From positions 584,657-648,656 of the forward strand of contig NW_024056025.1 in NCBI RefSeq assembly GCF_902713615.1: a DNA stretch of 64,000 bases. Reading direction: 5' to 3'. This DNA is from Scyliorhinus canicula. Taxonomy: Eukaryota. Within the stretch, counting starts at the first letter, position 1; every line of letters begins with the position of its first letter. The notes beneath the pieces were generated by a model that worked only from the letters and a program-made list of their open reading frames with translations, searched no databases and was not told the origin of the DNA. A program made the position numbers and the translations under genes. Shown piece after piece: positions 37,791 through 48,790 of this stretch.

Positions 37791-40349
37791 CTATTTTTTT
37801 CAGTGTCGGAAAAATCGCTTTTATTGTCCCTATCATTTTCCAGAGACGCAAAAATCTTTTTTACTGTCCTAATGATTTTCCAGACAGCCAGGTATGAATC
37901 TCACAAAGGCAGAAGGTAACATTTGAATTAATTGAAAGTTTACTGATGACCATGAAACCATTGTCAATTGTTGCAAAGACCCATCTGGTTCACTCCTGTC
38001 CTTCAGTGAAGGAAATCTTCTATCCTTACCTGGTCTGGCCTACATGTGACTCCAGATCCACAGTCAGCTTTATCATAGAATTTACAGTGCAGAAGGAGGC
38101 CATTTGGCCCATCGACTCTACACCGGCTCTTGGAAAGAGCACCCTATCCAAGGTCAACACCTCCCCCTATCCCAATAATCCAGTAACCCCACCCACACTA
38201 AAGGCAATTTTGAACACTAAGGGCAATTTATCACGGCCAATCCACCTAACCTGCACATCTTTGGACTGTGGGAGGAAACCGGAGCACACACGGGGAGGAT
38301 GTGCAGACTCCGCACAGTGACCCAAGATGGAATCGAACCTGGGACCCTGGAGCTGTGAAGCCATTGTGCTATCCACAATGCTACCGTGTTGCCCAAGGGT
38401 TGACCCGTAAAATGCTCTCGGAGATGCACTCAGTTGAAGGGCAATTAGGGCTGGGCAGTGAATGCTGGCCCAGCCAGCGACACCCACATCCCGTGAATGA
38501 ATAGTGAAGAAAATCTGCCATCCTTACCTGGTCTGGCCGACACGATTCCAAACCACAGCAATGTGGTTGACTCTTTAAATGCCCTCCGAGATGGCCGAGC
38601 CCGCCACTCAGTTTGAGGGAAATTAGAGATGGGCAATAAATGTTGGCCCAGCCAGTGACTCCCACAAATGAATAAAAGAAAATCCTGGAGACTCCAGCCA
38701 GTCAATCCGGGAGAGTTGGTATCCGGTCCAGGCTCGCAGTGCATGCTCCCTGCGGCACCTTGTCCTCTGTAAAGATGGCGGCCGGTAACCCAGGCCTGTC
38801 ACCGCTCAGCTCTCACTCTGTTCGGTGCTGCTTAAGACGGGACCGTTAACATTTTCCTCGGGAGTTGAAGCCTCCACAGGGTATTTATGAAGCCTCCCGG
38901 CTCATTCCGCAGCTTCGATTACTCCCGGCCACCCACCAGCTCCAATCCTGAAAGTCGCTCAATTGCTTCTTTCCCGCTCCTCGCACCGTCAGCGACAACC
39001 TGAACTGCATATGCGCCGGTCACAGCCGGACTCTGCGCATGTGTGAGCAACTTCTGTAATGTGGATGGAGCACATTCACAGCCGCAACGCACGATGGGTA
39101 ATAACCCTGTCACTGAAATCGATATTCCTGATCGAAATTATGCTTTGTGATCCGATTCCGATTGGTACCATTGTGCCAATGTAACAAATGTATTAAATAA
39201 ATTAATAAGGAACTTAAATAGTCTGGGCCCTCCACCACAGTTCTGTCCTGGGTGTGATTGACAACAGACCACACACGGACAGTGAGTTGTTAACGGGTTG
39301 GGGTCTGAGCAGGTTCAGGTGAACAGTGATTTTTGTCTTCTTGGACAAAAGTTAAACTACCCCTCGCCAATAACAATGTGCTGAAATTGGATCAAATGGT
39401 TTGTGCTTTTAAATTTGGAGTGTTGACCAGTGGAAAACTGAGGAAATACCTTTGCACATGTGAAGTGTGTGAGTGATCTCCCTCTAAACTGCTCCTGAAC
39501 TGCACATTAGATTAATTAATGACTATTTATTCTTATCCAGTGAAAACATCTTCCACTTGTCTATCATATCAAACCTTTTCATAATCTTACATGATCAGGT
39601 CATCCTTCATTCCCTTTTCCAGAGAAAGGTTTACACCCTGCCAAATCTTTCTTGCTGGGTCTAACCTGCTAATTCAGACATAATTCAAATATATTTTCCT
39701 GCATCTTCTCCGGTACTTCTAGATCCATTTTACAATATGGAGACTTTAACTAATCTGAACAGTAAACTCACCGTTGTCCCCAAATGCCTGTATGTTGCAG
39801 TATTTTAGTCATTTTTCTGTTCGCTGAATGTAAGATGGGACAGAATAAGATCCAACGAGCCAGTCTGTAACACTGCAGAACATCTACAAACCTGCCTCTT
39901 CCCCCTTACTGCTAACAGTTGACTTTTTCACTCTTAACCTGTCAGCTCTGTCATTGAGACTAATGTGTCAGAGAAAGACTGGATTTCAGCTTGGTGACAC
40001 CAGGCCAGACTAAATTTTAGTTCAGAGGATTGTTGAGCTAATTTCTCCATATCATAAGATGCCACTGACGGTTCCTGAACTGTCAAACCAACGGAAGGAA
40101 TTTATATTTACCCCCTGTTCATCTGAAAAGTGTTGATTCTGCTGTTACTGTCACTGTTAATCACACCCAGAACTGAACCATCTTCATTCTGACAATTGGG
40201 GGTTATTTCGATTCCCTGTAACTGAGCTCGGCTAGTGTTTAATATCTTGTTGATTGTGAAATAAATCAGCTTTGTCTCAAACACACTATGTCAAGTCCTT
40301 GATTTCTCTAGCGGGAAAGGAAATTAATTGATGCCACGTGTCACCAGGC

Positions 40350-40780
40350 CATGCCCGTCAGTCTTTTTAAGACAGAGATATATTGGTTCTTGATTAATAA
40401 GGGGCTCAGATGTTATGGGGAGAAGGCAGGAGAATGGGGATGAGAACCATATCAGCCATGATCGAATGGCAGAGCAAACCCGATGGGCTGAATGGCCGAA
40501 TTATGCTTCTCTATCTTTTTTTTAATGAAATGATCTCATAGAAACATATAAAAATCTAACAGGGGTGGACAGAGTAGATTCATAAAGAGTCCAGAACTAG
40601 ATGGGTCATAGTTTGAGGATAACGGGTAAAACTTTTAAGACTGAGGTGAGGAGAGATTTTTTTCACCCAGAGAGTGATGAGCCTGTGGAATTCATTACCA
40701 CAGAAAGTCGTTGAGGACAAAACATTGTGCAATTTGAAGGAGTTTGATACAGCTCTTGGGCCGAAAGGGATTAAAGGATA
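40350..40780 (+). mobile_element. CR1 3'-end fragments
   Basis: ggggagaaggcaggagaatgggg...gaatggc tail and a SLWNSLPQKVVE peptide. Confidence 0.7.
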
Positions 40781-40785
40781 TGTGC

Positions 40786-40876
40786 AGCTCTGTGGTGCAA
40801 TGGACAGTGTGTTGTACTTCTACTTAATGACAAGTCAGGGATTCAAATGTTGTGGGTTCAAATCCCACCAGAGTCG
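40786..40876 (+). tRNA. Intron-containing tRNA-Arg(TCT), CpG-decayed, probably a pseudogene
   Basis: AGCTCTGTGGTGCAATGGACAGTGTGTTGTACT-TCT-A, 18-nt intron (40823-40840), then ATTCAAATGTTGTGGGTTCAAATCCCACCAGAGTCG. The T-arm is intact; there are mismatches in the acceptor and anticodon stems. Confidence 0.8.
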
Positions 40877-41126
40877 ACTGGTAGCGTGGCACGTTGGTTA
40901 GCACTGCTGTCTCACAGTGCCAGGGACTCAGGTTCAATTTCGACCTTGGGTGGCTGTCGTGGACCTTCTCCCCATGTCTGCGTGGGTTTCCGCCGAGTGC
41001 TCCGGTTTCCTTCCACAGTCAGGGTATTGAATCGACGATCAGCCATGATGATAATGAATGGCGGAGCTGGCGTGAAGGACCAAATGGCCTCCTCCTACTC
41101 TATTTTCTATGTAAGTCACATGTCGG

Positions 41127-42112
41127 TGTAGCCACCTAAAATGGACACTGGGCTAACAAGATGGAGAATTGCTAAGACTGCAGGGAAAGAAAGCAGTTTA
41201 GCCAAGACAGCAGTCTGCAAAGACTAATTAGCATTTTGCAAGCAGCAAAACTAGTTTCTGGCCAGGTGGAAGATCTCAAACCAAAGGTGTTAATGGCAAA
41301 ACGCTTTGCATACTAATGAGGCAATCCAGATCTAGGCACACACAATGGCAACATCTAGGTTTGAATAGATACTTTAAGTGGATGTCCAGACAGAGCGGCG
41401 CCAGAAGTATCTATCTCAAAAGACCATAGAGACCGCCCCCTCCATCGAGGAGAGACCCTCATTGGGGGGTTCGAAAGATATCGATTGGGAGTTGATCCAA
41501 TCGATACCTGAAGGTAAAGCCCGCCCCGAAAAGGCACGGACATTGGGGACCCCTATAAAAGATAGACCCCCACACATGGTCCGTTCTGTTTACTTGCTCC
41601 GGCTCTACTGTTGCTCTGGCTTTGACCTCGACCCAGAACTTCAACTTGTATCCTGACTCCAGCCGTTGAGCACCAGCCGCCGAACCGTAAGTGACCATAC
41701 GACGCTCGCTACGCGAACCAGGCCCACTAGACCCCCAGCGACCAGCACGCTCTCTGAAGGTTGCAGACCAAGATCGGAACGAAGGCCTCGCTCCCTGACC
41801 TTGCCTGTTCCTGTTTAGTTAAGTATTCTGATCGCTTAGTTTAGTTATAGCTTAGTCCCTTAGCGTGTGCATGCGTATTTATTATATTTGTATAATAAAT
41901 ATTGATCGTTTGGAACTTACTAATCGGTGTATCGTTTTATTACTTTGAACCTGACCTTGGAATATTTGTGAGGTGTCTATACGGCATCTGGCGACTCCTG
42001 AGCTGAAAATACACATATAGAGCCTAGCAGTGTTAAGCACACGGCCTTTAAACGGAGGCGTGTTAATACACTCCAATAAACGCGTATTACACCCATAGTA
42101 AAACGTGCAACA
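41127..42112 (+). repeat. 5' LTR (986 bp)
   Basis: TG...CA termini; TATAAAA 41554-41560; GTAAGT donor-like site 41687-41692; AATAAA at 41894-41899 and 42075-42080; direct repeat of 48791-49776. Confidence 0.97.
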
Positions 42113-42117
42113 TTTAG

Positions 42118-42135
42118 TGGCGACTCCACCGGGAC
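42118..42135 (+). promoter_or_regulatory. Primer-binding site, tRNA-Arg(UCU)
   Basis: TGGCGACTCCACCGGGAC, 5 nt after the LTR end. It is 17/18 complementary to the 3' end of vertebrate tRNA-Arg-TCT (...GTCCCGGCGGAGTCG-CCA), recalled from memory. Confidence 0.8.
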
Positions 42136-42426
42136 ACGGTTATAAGTGGTACCCCCACTCCGTCGAGGACCCTGAAATTTGAATTAGAAATCTGGTAAAG
42201 AAAAAGGAAAGAAATCACAAATATTCAAGGTGTTCAAAGGAATAAACGTAATTCGGAAGTGTGTTTAGTGCATGCGTACTAACAGGGTTGTAAGGAAAAC
42301 CTGAAAGCATTTTTGTTGCGCCAAACTTTTGGTAGTTTTGTGAACGGAACATAGCGTAAGCCTTACCCGTTTCGTGAGACATAACCTCAACACCCCCTGT
42401 TCCAAAATTTAAAGTGAGTCAGAAAA

Positions 42427-42965
42427 ATGGCCATGCAGGCAATGGAACGCCTCATGAACCCAGAACGGTTTGTGGTTGCAGCGACCAGCAGTAGCCGAGT
42501 AGGTCAGTGTCCCATGTGGGAGCTGGAACTCCGCAAGTATCTGCAAGGAAAGGGATGGCCCCTTTGGAAAGAGTTTTGTTTGAATGAGGAGACAGGTCCC
42601 GGAAGTATAGGACATACTTGGTGGGAGAACCTCTCTCAAATTCACAAGAAAAATATGAGTAAAACACGTAAGCCGATGGCGATTGTGTCCTGTTTGGCAC
42701 AATGCGAGGCACAGAGGAGGTCGTTCAGACGCTCCGGGCAGAATTAGAAGAAAGAAATAGAATGAGTAAAGTGGATGTCAGGGACATCGAAAAGGAAAAC
42801 ATGGATCTTAGAGGGAAGTTGGCAGAGAAAGGTAGAGAGGTGGATGATGCACCCCAGAGATCACAGAGAGGCCAGCAGACAGGCACTCTGAATCGCAATA
42901 TAACAAAACCGATCCATAGTATAGGGATCCAGTCAGGACAGACCAATGTGGACGGAACGAACTGA
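42427..42965 (+). pseudogene. gag: gag remnant (about 180 codons, one frameshift near 42702, apparently lacking capsid)
   Basis: ORF MAMQAMERLMNPERF... at the gag position shifts frame into a coiled-coil-like segment (RGTEEVVQTLRAELEERNR...) and ends at TGA 42963-42965. It is far too short for a full Gag. Identity rests mainly on position. Confidence 0.65.
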
Positions 42966-44708
42966 CGGTGTTCGGGCTCCCCCACTTGGGTCTGTGACAC
43001 ACTATGGGATCCATCCGGAAGACCGGTAGTCACGGCAAAGTTAAGAGGGAAGCCCATAGAGTTACTTTGGGACACAGGAGGGTCCCACACCACGATTAAT
43101 TCCACCATCACGGCACAGGCAGACACGTGGCCGACCACCTCCACCATCACACTTAGCGGTTTCACAGGACACTCGCAGCAGGGACACATTACAGCACCCG
43201 TAGCAATCCAGCTAGGGAACATTTCCACCAAACACCCCGTCGTTCTAGTAAATCTTCCCCGGACAGCAGAACACATCCTAGGGATAGATTTCATGAATGC
43301 CCATAGCCTGTCGTTCGACCCAGTGAACCAATGTGTCTGGCGAATGGCAAGATCGGACAGAGCACCCGCTACTCTCACAGTAGGAGAGTACGCTAATAGG
43401 ATTAGTGCAGTAGGAGACTATTCATTTGACCCGACTACACTAAACACGGACAGACAAGTTAAGGCAGTACTAAACAAACATAGGACAGCATTTGCCAGTC
43501 ACCGGCACGACTGTGGCAGAATGACTGGACAAATTCACGTTACCGGACCTGACCCCAGACCACAGAAACAGTACAGATTTCCCCTAGAAGCAGAGGGAGA
43601 AATAGAGAAAGTGATAGGTAGCTTATTGGAGCAAGGTGTGCTTAGAACAGTAGCCTCGACCAATAATGCCCCTATTTGGCCAGTGAGAAAGCCCGACGGA
43701 TCATGGCGTCTGACCATTGATTATCGGGAACTCAATAAAGTAACCCCAGCAGTAGCCCCCACGGTAGCAACAAGTCCCGAGACCATGCTCAAGCAGGGAC
43801 TCAACTCCAAATATTTCACGGTTTTGGACATTAGCAATGGCTTCTGGTCAATCCCATTGGCAAAGGCGTGCCAGTACAAATTTGCCTTCACTTTTAAAAC
43901 ACAACAGTATACGTGGACATGCCTTCCACAAGGATTCCACAATTCCCCCTCCATTTTCCACCGACAGTTGGCGAATGGTCTAGAAAAATTTTCCCGCCCC
44001 GAATGTCTGGTACAGTATGTAGACGACCTACTACTGCAGACAGACACAAAGGCAGAGCACATTACGCTTCTGGCCGAGCTCCTGGAACTTTTAACCTCAA
44101 TTGGCTGTAAAGTTAACCCAAGAAAGGCCCAGATTTTGGAAAATAAAGTGATGTATTTGGGTACAATCATCACGCACGGCAAACGCGAGATCGAATTCAA
44201 AAGAATTGATTCGATTGTCAAATTGCCCCTTCCCCAGAATGTTTCAGCCCTCCGGTCGTTCTTAGGACTGGTTGGTTATTGTCGGAACCACATCGACGGA
44301 TTCGCGACAAAGGCAGCCCCACTCTCAGACCTCCTTAAGAAAGGAGCCCCCTGGGAATGGCTTCCGCAGCATACAGAGGCTGTGGAAGAGTTAAAGAAAG
44401 CCCTTAGCGCAGCACCCGCGCTACAAGTCCCAGACCAACTTTCCCCATATGCAATAGAGGTAGCGAGCACAGATCTGACCCTCTCGGCCGTGTTACTTCA
44501 GGAACGGCACGAGCAGCTAAGACCAGTGGCTTATGCCTCCCGACTGTTAGACCCAGTTGAACAAGGATTTTCAGCCTGCGAGGGGCACCTCCTTGCAGTC
44601 TTCTGGGCAGTACACTACTTTTCTTACATTACCGGACTCAACCCCACCACCATTTTGACCGAGCACACAGTTACTCCTAGACGGTCGACTGAAGGACGGT
44701 TCAGTTAG
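42966..44708 (+). pseudogene. pol: pol part 1: aspartic protease, reverse transcriptase and tether (degenerate RNase H)
   Basis: Open frame from 42966: protease LWDTGG (GAC at 43071) and ILGIDF. RT motifs PRPQKQY, WPVRKPDGSWRLTIDYRELN, LDISNGFWS, LPQGFHNSP and YVDD. Tether region ...RPVAYASRLL. Frame lost near 44668. Confidence 0.93.
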
Positions 44709-47193
44709 CCAGATTAGGGCAGCTAGGTGGACACTACTCTTACAAGGACGGGACATTACAGTAAAACGGACCCGCACACACACATTTTTAGCCGACAACC
44801 TCCAATACCCAGGACAGCCCCATGAATGTGAAATTGTAGCCCCCTTACATAACACAGGACCCTTTATAGCGAAGACACCCCCCAGGAAGATAGGGAACCC
44901 CAGACAAAGCCCCCAACACACAGACACGTGTGGACCACTACGGATATACGTAGACGGTTCATCCACGGTTTTAGAAGGTGAGCGTATCACAGGATGCGGC
45001 ATCTATGTCGAGGACGCGCAGGGGCGCGCTCTCGAAGAGATAGCTTTAAAATTACCAGGACACTTAGGCGCGCAGGCAGCAGAGCTCACGGCCGTAGCTT
45101 ATATAGTGGACCACCCTAATTCTTTCCCCAGCCCAGCGGACATATATTCGGACAGTCTATATGTCTGCAATAGTTTAACAGATTTTCTACCCCTGTGGAG
45201 GACACGGGGTTTTGTCTCCGCAGATGGGAAACCCCTTCCATCAGCCCCTTTACTCCAACACATTTTAGAGAAAGCGAAGGACAGGACCTTCGGCATTATC
45301 AAAGTAAGAAGCCACCATAGGTCATCCCCCCCATGGAATGTAAAAGCCGACGCACTGGCTAAGGCAGGTTCCAGGCGAGGACACTTGTGGACACCCCCAG
45401 CTAGCGCACCAGCTAGCGCCCCTGTGAGCGCGGTTCAAGTCTCACAGACCGATATTAAAGATCTAGTAGAGGCACAGAGGCAGGATGAGGATCTCAGGGA
45501 GATTTTCAAAGGCAACTTTGTGCCACAGTATGACAAGTTCAGACACGCACTGACCACACATGAGGGTGTGATCATAAAGGATCAGCTTTATGTCGTCCCG
45601 CAGCAGGACAGGAATGAAATGATTGCTTTGTTCCATGATGGACACGGGCATCAAGGGATCGACGCAACCACGAGGCACCTCAGGCAGCTCTGTTGGTGGC
45701 TTAACCTAAGGACAGATGTAAGTCACTACATCGAGAATTGCCTTATTTGCGCCCAGAATAACCCGGAGAGGTATTCTAAAAAGGCACAACTTCGGCATAC
45801 TCGACCAGTTAATGGCCCCTGGACAAACCTCCAGATCGACTTTATAGGACCATTGCCCCCTTGTAGGAATGGCTATAAATACGTTCTGGTGGTCATCGAT
45901 ACTTTTACCAAATGGGTAGAGGCATTCCCCTCTAGAACGAATACAGCTAAGACAGCTGCAAAGATCCTGACCCACCACATCTTCACGAGATGGGGTTTAC
46001 CCCGAAGCATTGATTCGGACCAGGGATCTCACTTCACAGGACGGGTCATGAAGAACGTCCTGACAATATTTGGCATAAAACAAAATTTTCATATTGCGTA
46101 TCACCCACAGTCCAGCGGGATTGTAGAGCGCATGAATCGGACCCTAAAATCCACACTTCGAAAGATGGTTCAAGGGAACAACTCCACATGGGATTCAGTG
46201 CTCCCATTTGTACTCATGTTCATCAGAAATACAGTTTCAACTTCCACAGGATACACACCACACACACTCATGACCGGACGCCCTATGAAAGGTACAGAAT
46301 TCCTTTTAGGACTGGACATGACTAGCCCCGAAGTGACGGCCCTCACACACGAAAAGACGGTTAAAGACCTGGTTGAGACTGTGAGGTCTGCACAGATCGC
46401 AGCCGCAGTTCAGCTAGAGAAACGCCGTAGACAAAGCACAGCATGCTTTAACAAGACCGTACACCCCACAGAATTCCAGGTTGGGCAACAGATAATGCTA
46501 TCTGTATACAACCCCAGCAGTTTTTTGGCACCAAAATATTCCGGCCCATACTCAATTTCGGATAAAATTAGCCCCTCAGTTTATAGGATAAAATATCCTA
46601 ATGGTAAGACCGCGTGGTTCCATATCAACCAGTTAAAGGCATATGGAACACAGGCCAACCATGCACACCATGTCCTGCTAGACGCAGCAGAACACCTCAC
46701 TCCACCCACTAGAGACACGTTTCCACCATCCCCCTCACAGACCAGTTCTTCATCGGACTCGCCCACGACTCCGCCCACTGACCATGACAGACCACGCCCC
46801 GAAACGCCCACAAGCTGCCGCAGCAGAGACAGCGATACAGACACTGACTCTGAGGACAGCCACAGCACACCACACTACAGCCCACATTGCAGCGACAATG
46901 ACCCCGACTACAGTGACCCCATGGAAGTCACTTACATTAAAAACCCAGACCCACCACCCGACCCCGACTACCCCGACAATACCCATTCACTTTTGGACCC
47001 AACACTCTGGCACAGGGACAATTCGTACCGACTTGTCCGCAATGACGAACGTGACCCCCAGTCACACAATTCAAAGATATCATGCCTGATCCACACAAGG
47101 GTGTGGGATCCGGGAGAGCAGGACGACACGGTGTCTGAATCCCGATACGGCAACCCCTTTGTGACCCTGTTCACAGAGACAGAGGAAAAGTGA
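44668..47193 (+). pseudogene. pol: pol part 2: RNase H, integrase (HHCC and DDE) and a long P/S/T/D-rich C-terminal extension
   Basis: One open frame from CAG 44668 through IYVDGSS...AQAAELTAV, IYSDS and HRSSPPWNVKADALAK (RNase H). Then HDGHGH...CLIC, IDFIGPLP, DSDQGSHF and YHPQSSGIVERMN (integrase). Stop at 47191-47193. Confidence 0.93.
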
Positions 47194-48076
47194 GGTGTCC
47201 AGATGATGTAAAATAGGAATCGTTTGAGGGAAACGATGTCCTTTCTGATGGAACCTGCACGTATGTTTTTGTTGTCAGTTTATGTTTGTTTTTCTTGTTA
47301 ATATGTTAAGGGATTGATTGCAGATCTTTTCGGCTGAAAAGATTGTGACCACCTCGCACGCACGTTAGCTTGTCCGCAGATACCTCTGAGAACTTCAGTT
47401 GTATCCTCTGGTGAACCGACACGGTTCACGACTTGTTCCCTGTTTTCAGATGAAGGAGCATCTTGGCTCCTCCATTGTTTTAGGTGCCCCTCTATTCGGC
47501 GAATAGAGGCTGCAAACCCACGGTAAACACATTCTTGCCCGTTTAATCCAGGTTACTCAGGCAGTGGACAAACGGCACTGAGGACCCGCCCTGTCTGAGA
47601 ACCCACTTTGGTCAGCCAAGCTCGGGTATGGCACAGCACGCCCTACCCGGGGATCCCATTCAAATCGTACCCGTAGCGGCCCATACGCAACCCATTCGAC
47701 CTTTTGTTTCCAATTTGTTTTCATTTTTCGTTAGGCAGCCCTTAGGCCGCCATCCCACATGCTATTTACATCCAGGAACATTCGGATGGTAAATGAGCAA
47801 AGCCTGCGAGACGGCTCGCAGGAGAAAAAGTTAGGTGTATTGTGTTCATTAAATTCGCTTTTGGAAAAAAAAAATGAGGGGAGTCACAGGGTGTGACTTG
47901 GCCAGTCATTTTAATGGGTCAATTGGAATTAAAGGACAGATACACTAACAAGTACGGATATTAAACTGTGTATTGACAGATACTGTGCTTGATCCCATAG
48001 CTTTCGAAGGACGAAAAAGGGATCACAGCAAGGATCAGCCATACAAGAGGAAGAGAAAGAGAACAAAAAGAAGACC

Positions 48077-48421
48077 ATGATGGAAGCCTGCTTATTGCTC
48101 TTAAATGTTGTATTTGTTTATGTGGGAGCAAGACACGTTTCCCCCACAACCCCCGCCGTAAATGTTTCACTCACCGCAACTCCCCCGTGCTCAGCTCTGA
48201 TCAGTGAGGTTCAGACCTGGTGCACAAAATTTATGACATGGTACTCCATGTCATATGTGATTGAATCACTGCTAGTGATTGCAATCCTCTGCATACTCGT
48301 ACAGACCCTCAGGTTGAGGAAGTGGAAGAGGAGAGCCTCCCGTTCCTGCCCCTCAACCGTCTATGGAGTTCGATCCCCTATTTTTCGGTTTCATCAATCC
48401 CCTTTGCCCCATGATGAATAA
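48077..48421 (+). CDS. Small (114 aa) predicted type I membrane protein in the env position of the LTR element
   Basis: accATG context. Hydrophobic N-terminus (MMEACLLLLNVVFVYVGA), ectodomain of about 41 aa with an NVS sequon and C-x10-C, TM segment YVIESLLVIAILCILVQTL, then basic RLRKWKRR and a short tail. Confidence 0.65.
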   Translation: MMEACLLLLNVVFVYVGARHVSPTTPAVNVSLTATPPCSALISEVQTWCTKFMTWYSMSYVIESLLVIAILCILVQTLRLRKWKRRASRSCPSTVYGVRSPIFRFHQSPLPHDE

Positions 48422-48779
48422 AGCACTGTGAATAAAAATAAAATATACCCATGTATTATATTGTCCTGAACTCGACTGCCGAGTCAGGAAATGTTATGTG
48501 ATGTGGTATGAATGGATGAGGTTTAGTCTGTAATGAAATGTTTAAGGTAAGATAAGGATAGTTGTGATAGGTAGAGGTTCCCGGTTTTTGGTAATGCATG
48601 TCCCCTTTGACATAGCGCCAAGTAGAGATGTCAGGTAAAAAAAAATTTCTTCCCATAGTTAAGGACAGAGTAGACGCTCAGGAGCTTGCCGAGGTCAGGG
48701 AACACAAACAAGGCACCCAGAAGCACTCGAAGCAACGTGCATAGGTGATCCTTCACAATGTTTTTGATTGTGAGGATCA

Positions 48780-48790
48780 CAAGGAGGGAA
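48780..48790 (+). promoter_or_regulatory. Polypurine tract
   Basis: CAAGGAGGGAA directly abutting the 3' LTR TG. Confidence 0.8.

Noticed and set aside
36892-37897. 319-aa and 188-aa repetitive ORFs
   Set aside because: Artefact of a 39-bp (13-codon) tandem repeat.
41355-42076. Short ORFs inside the LTRs (e.g. 92 aa at 41378), duplicated at 49019-49740
   Set aside because: The duplication only reflects LTR identity and there are no motifs. A U3-encoded accessory protein cannot be excluded but is unsupported.
47194-48790. A conventional env gene
   Set aside because: No long ORF and no furin site/fusion peptide/CX6CC arrangement; only the 114-aa ORF is present.
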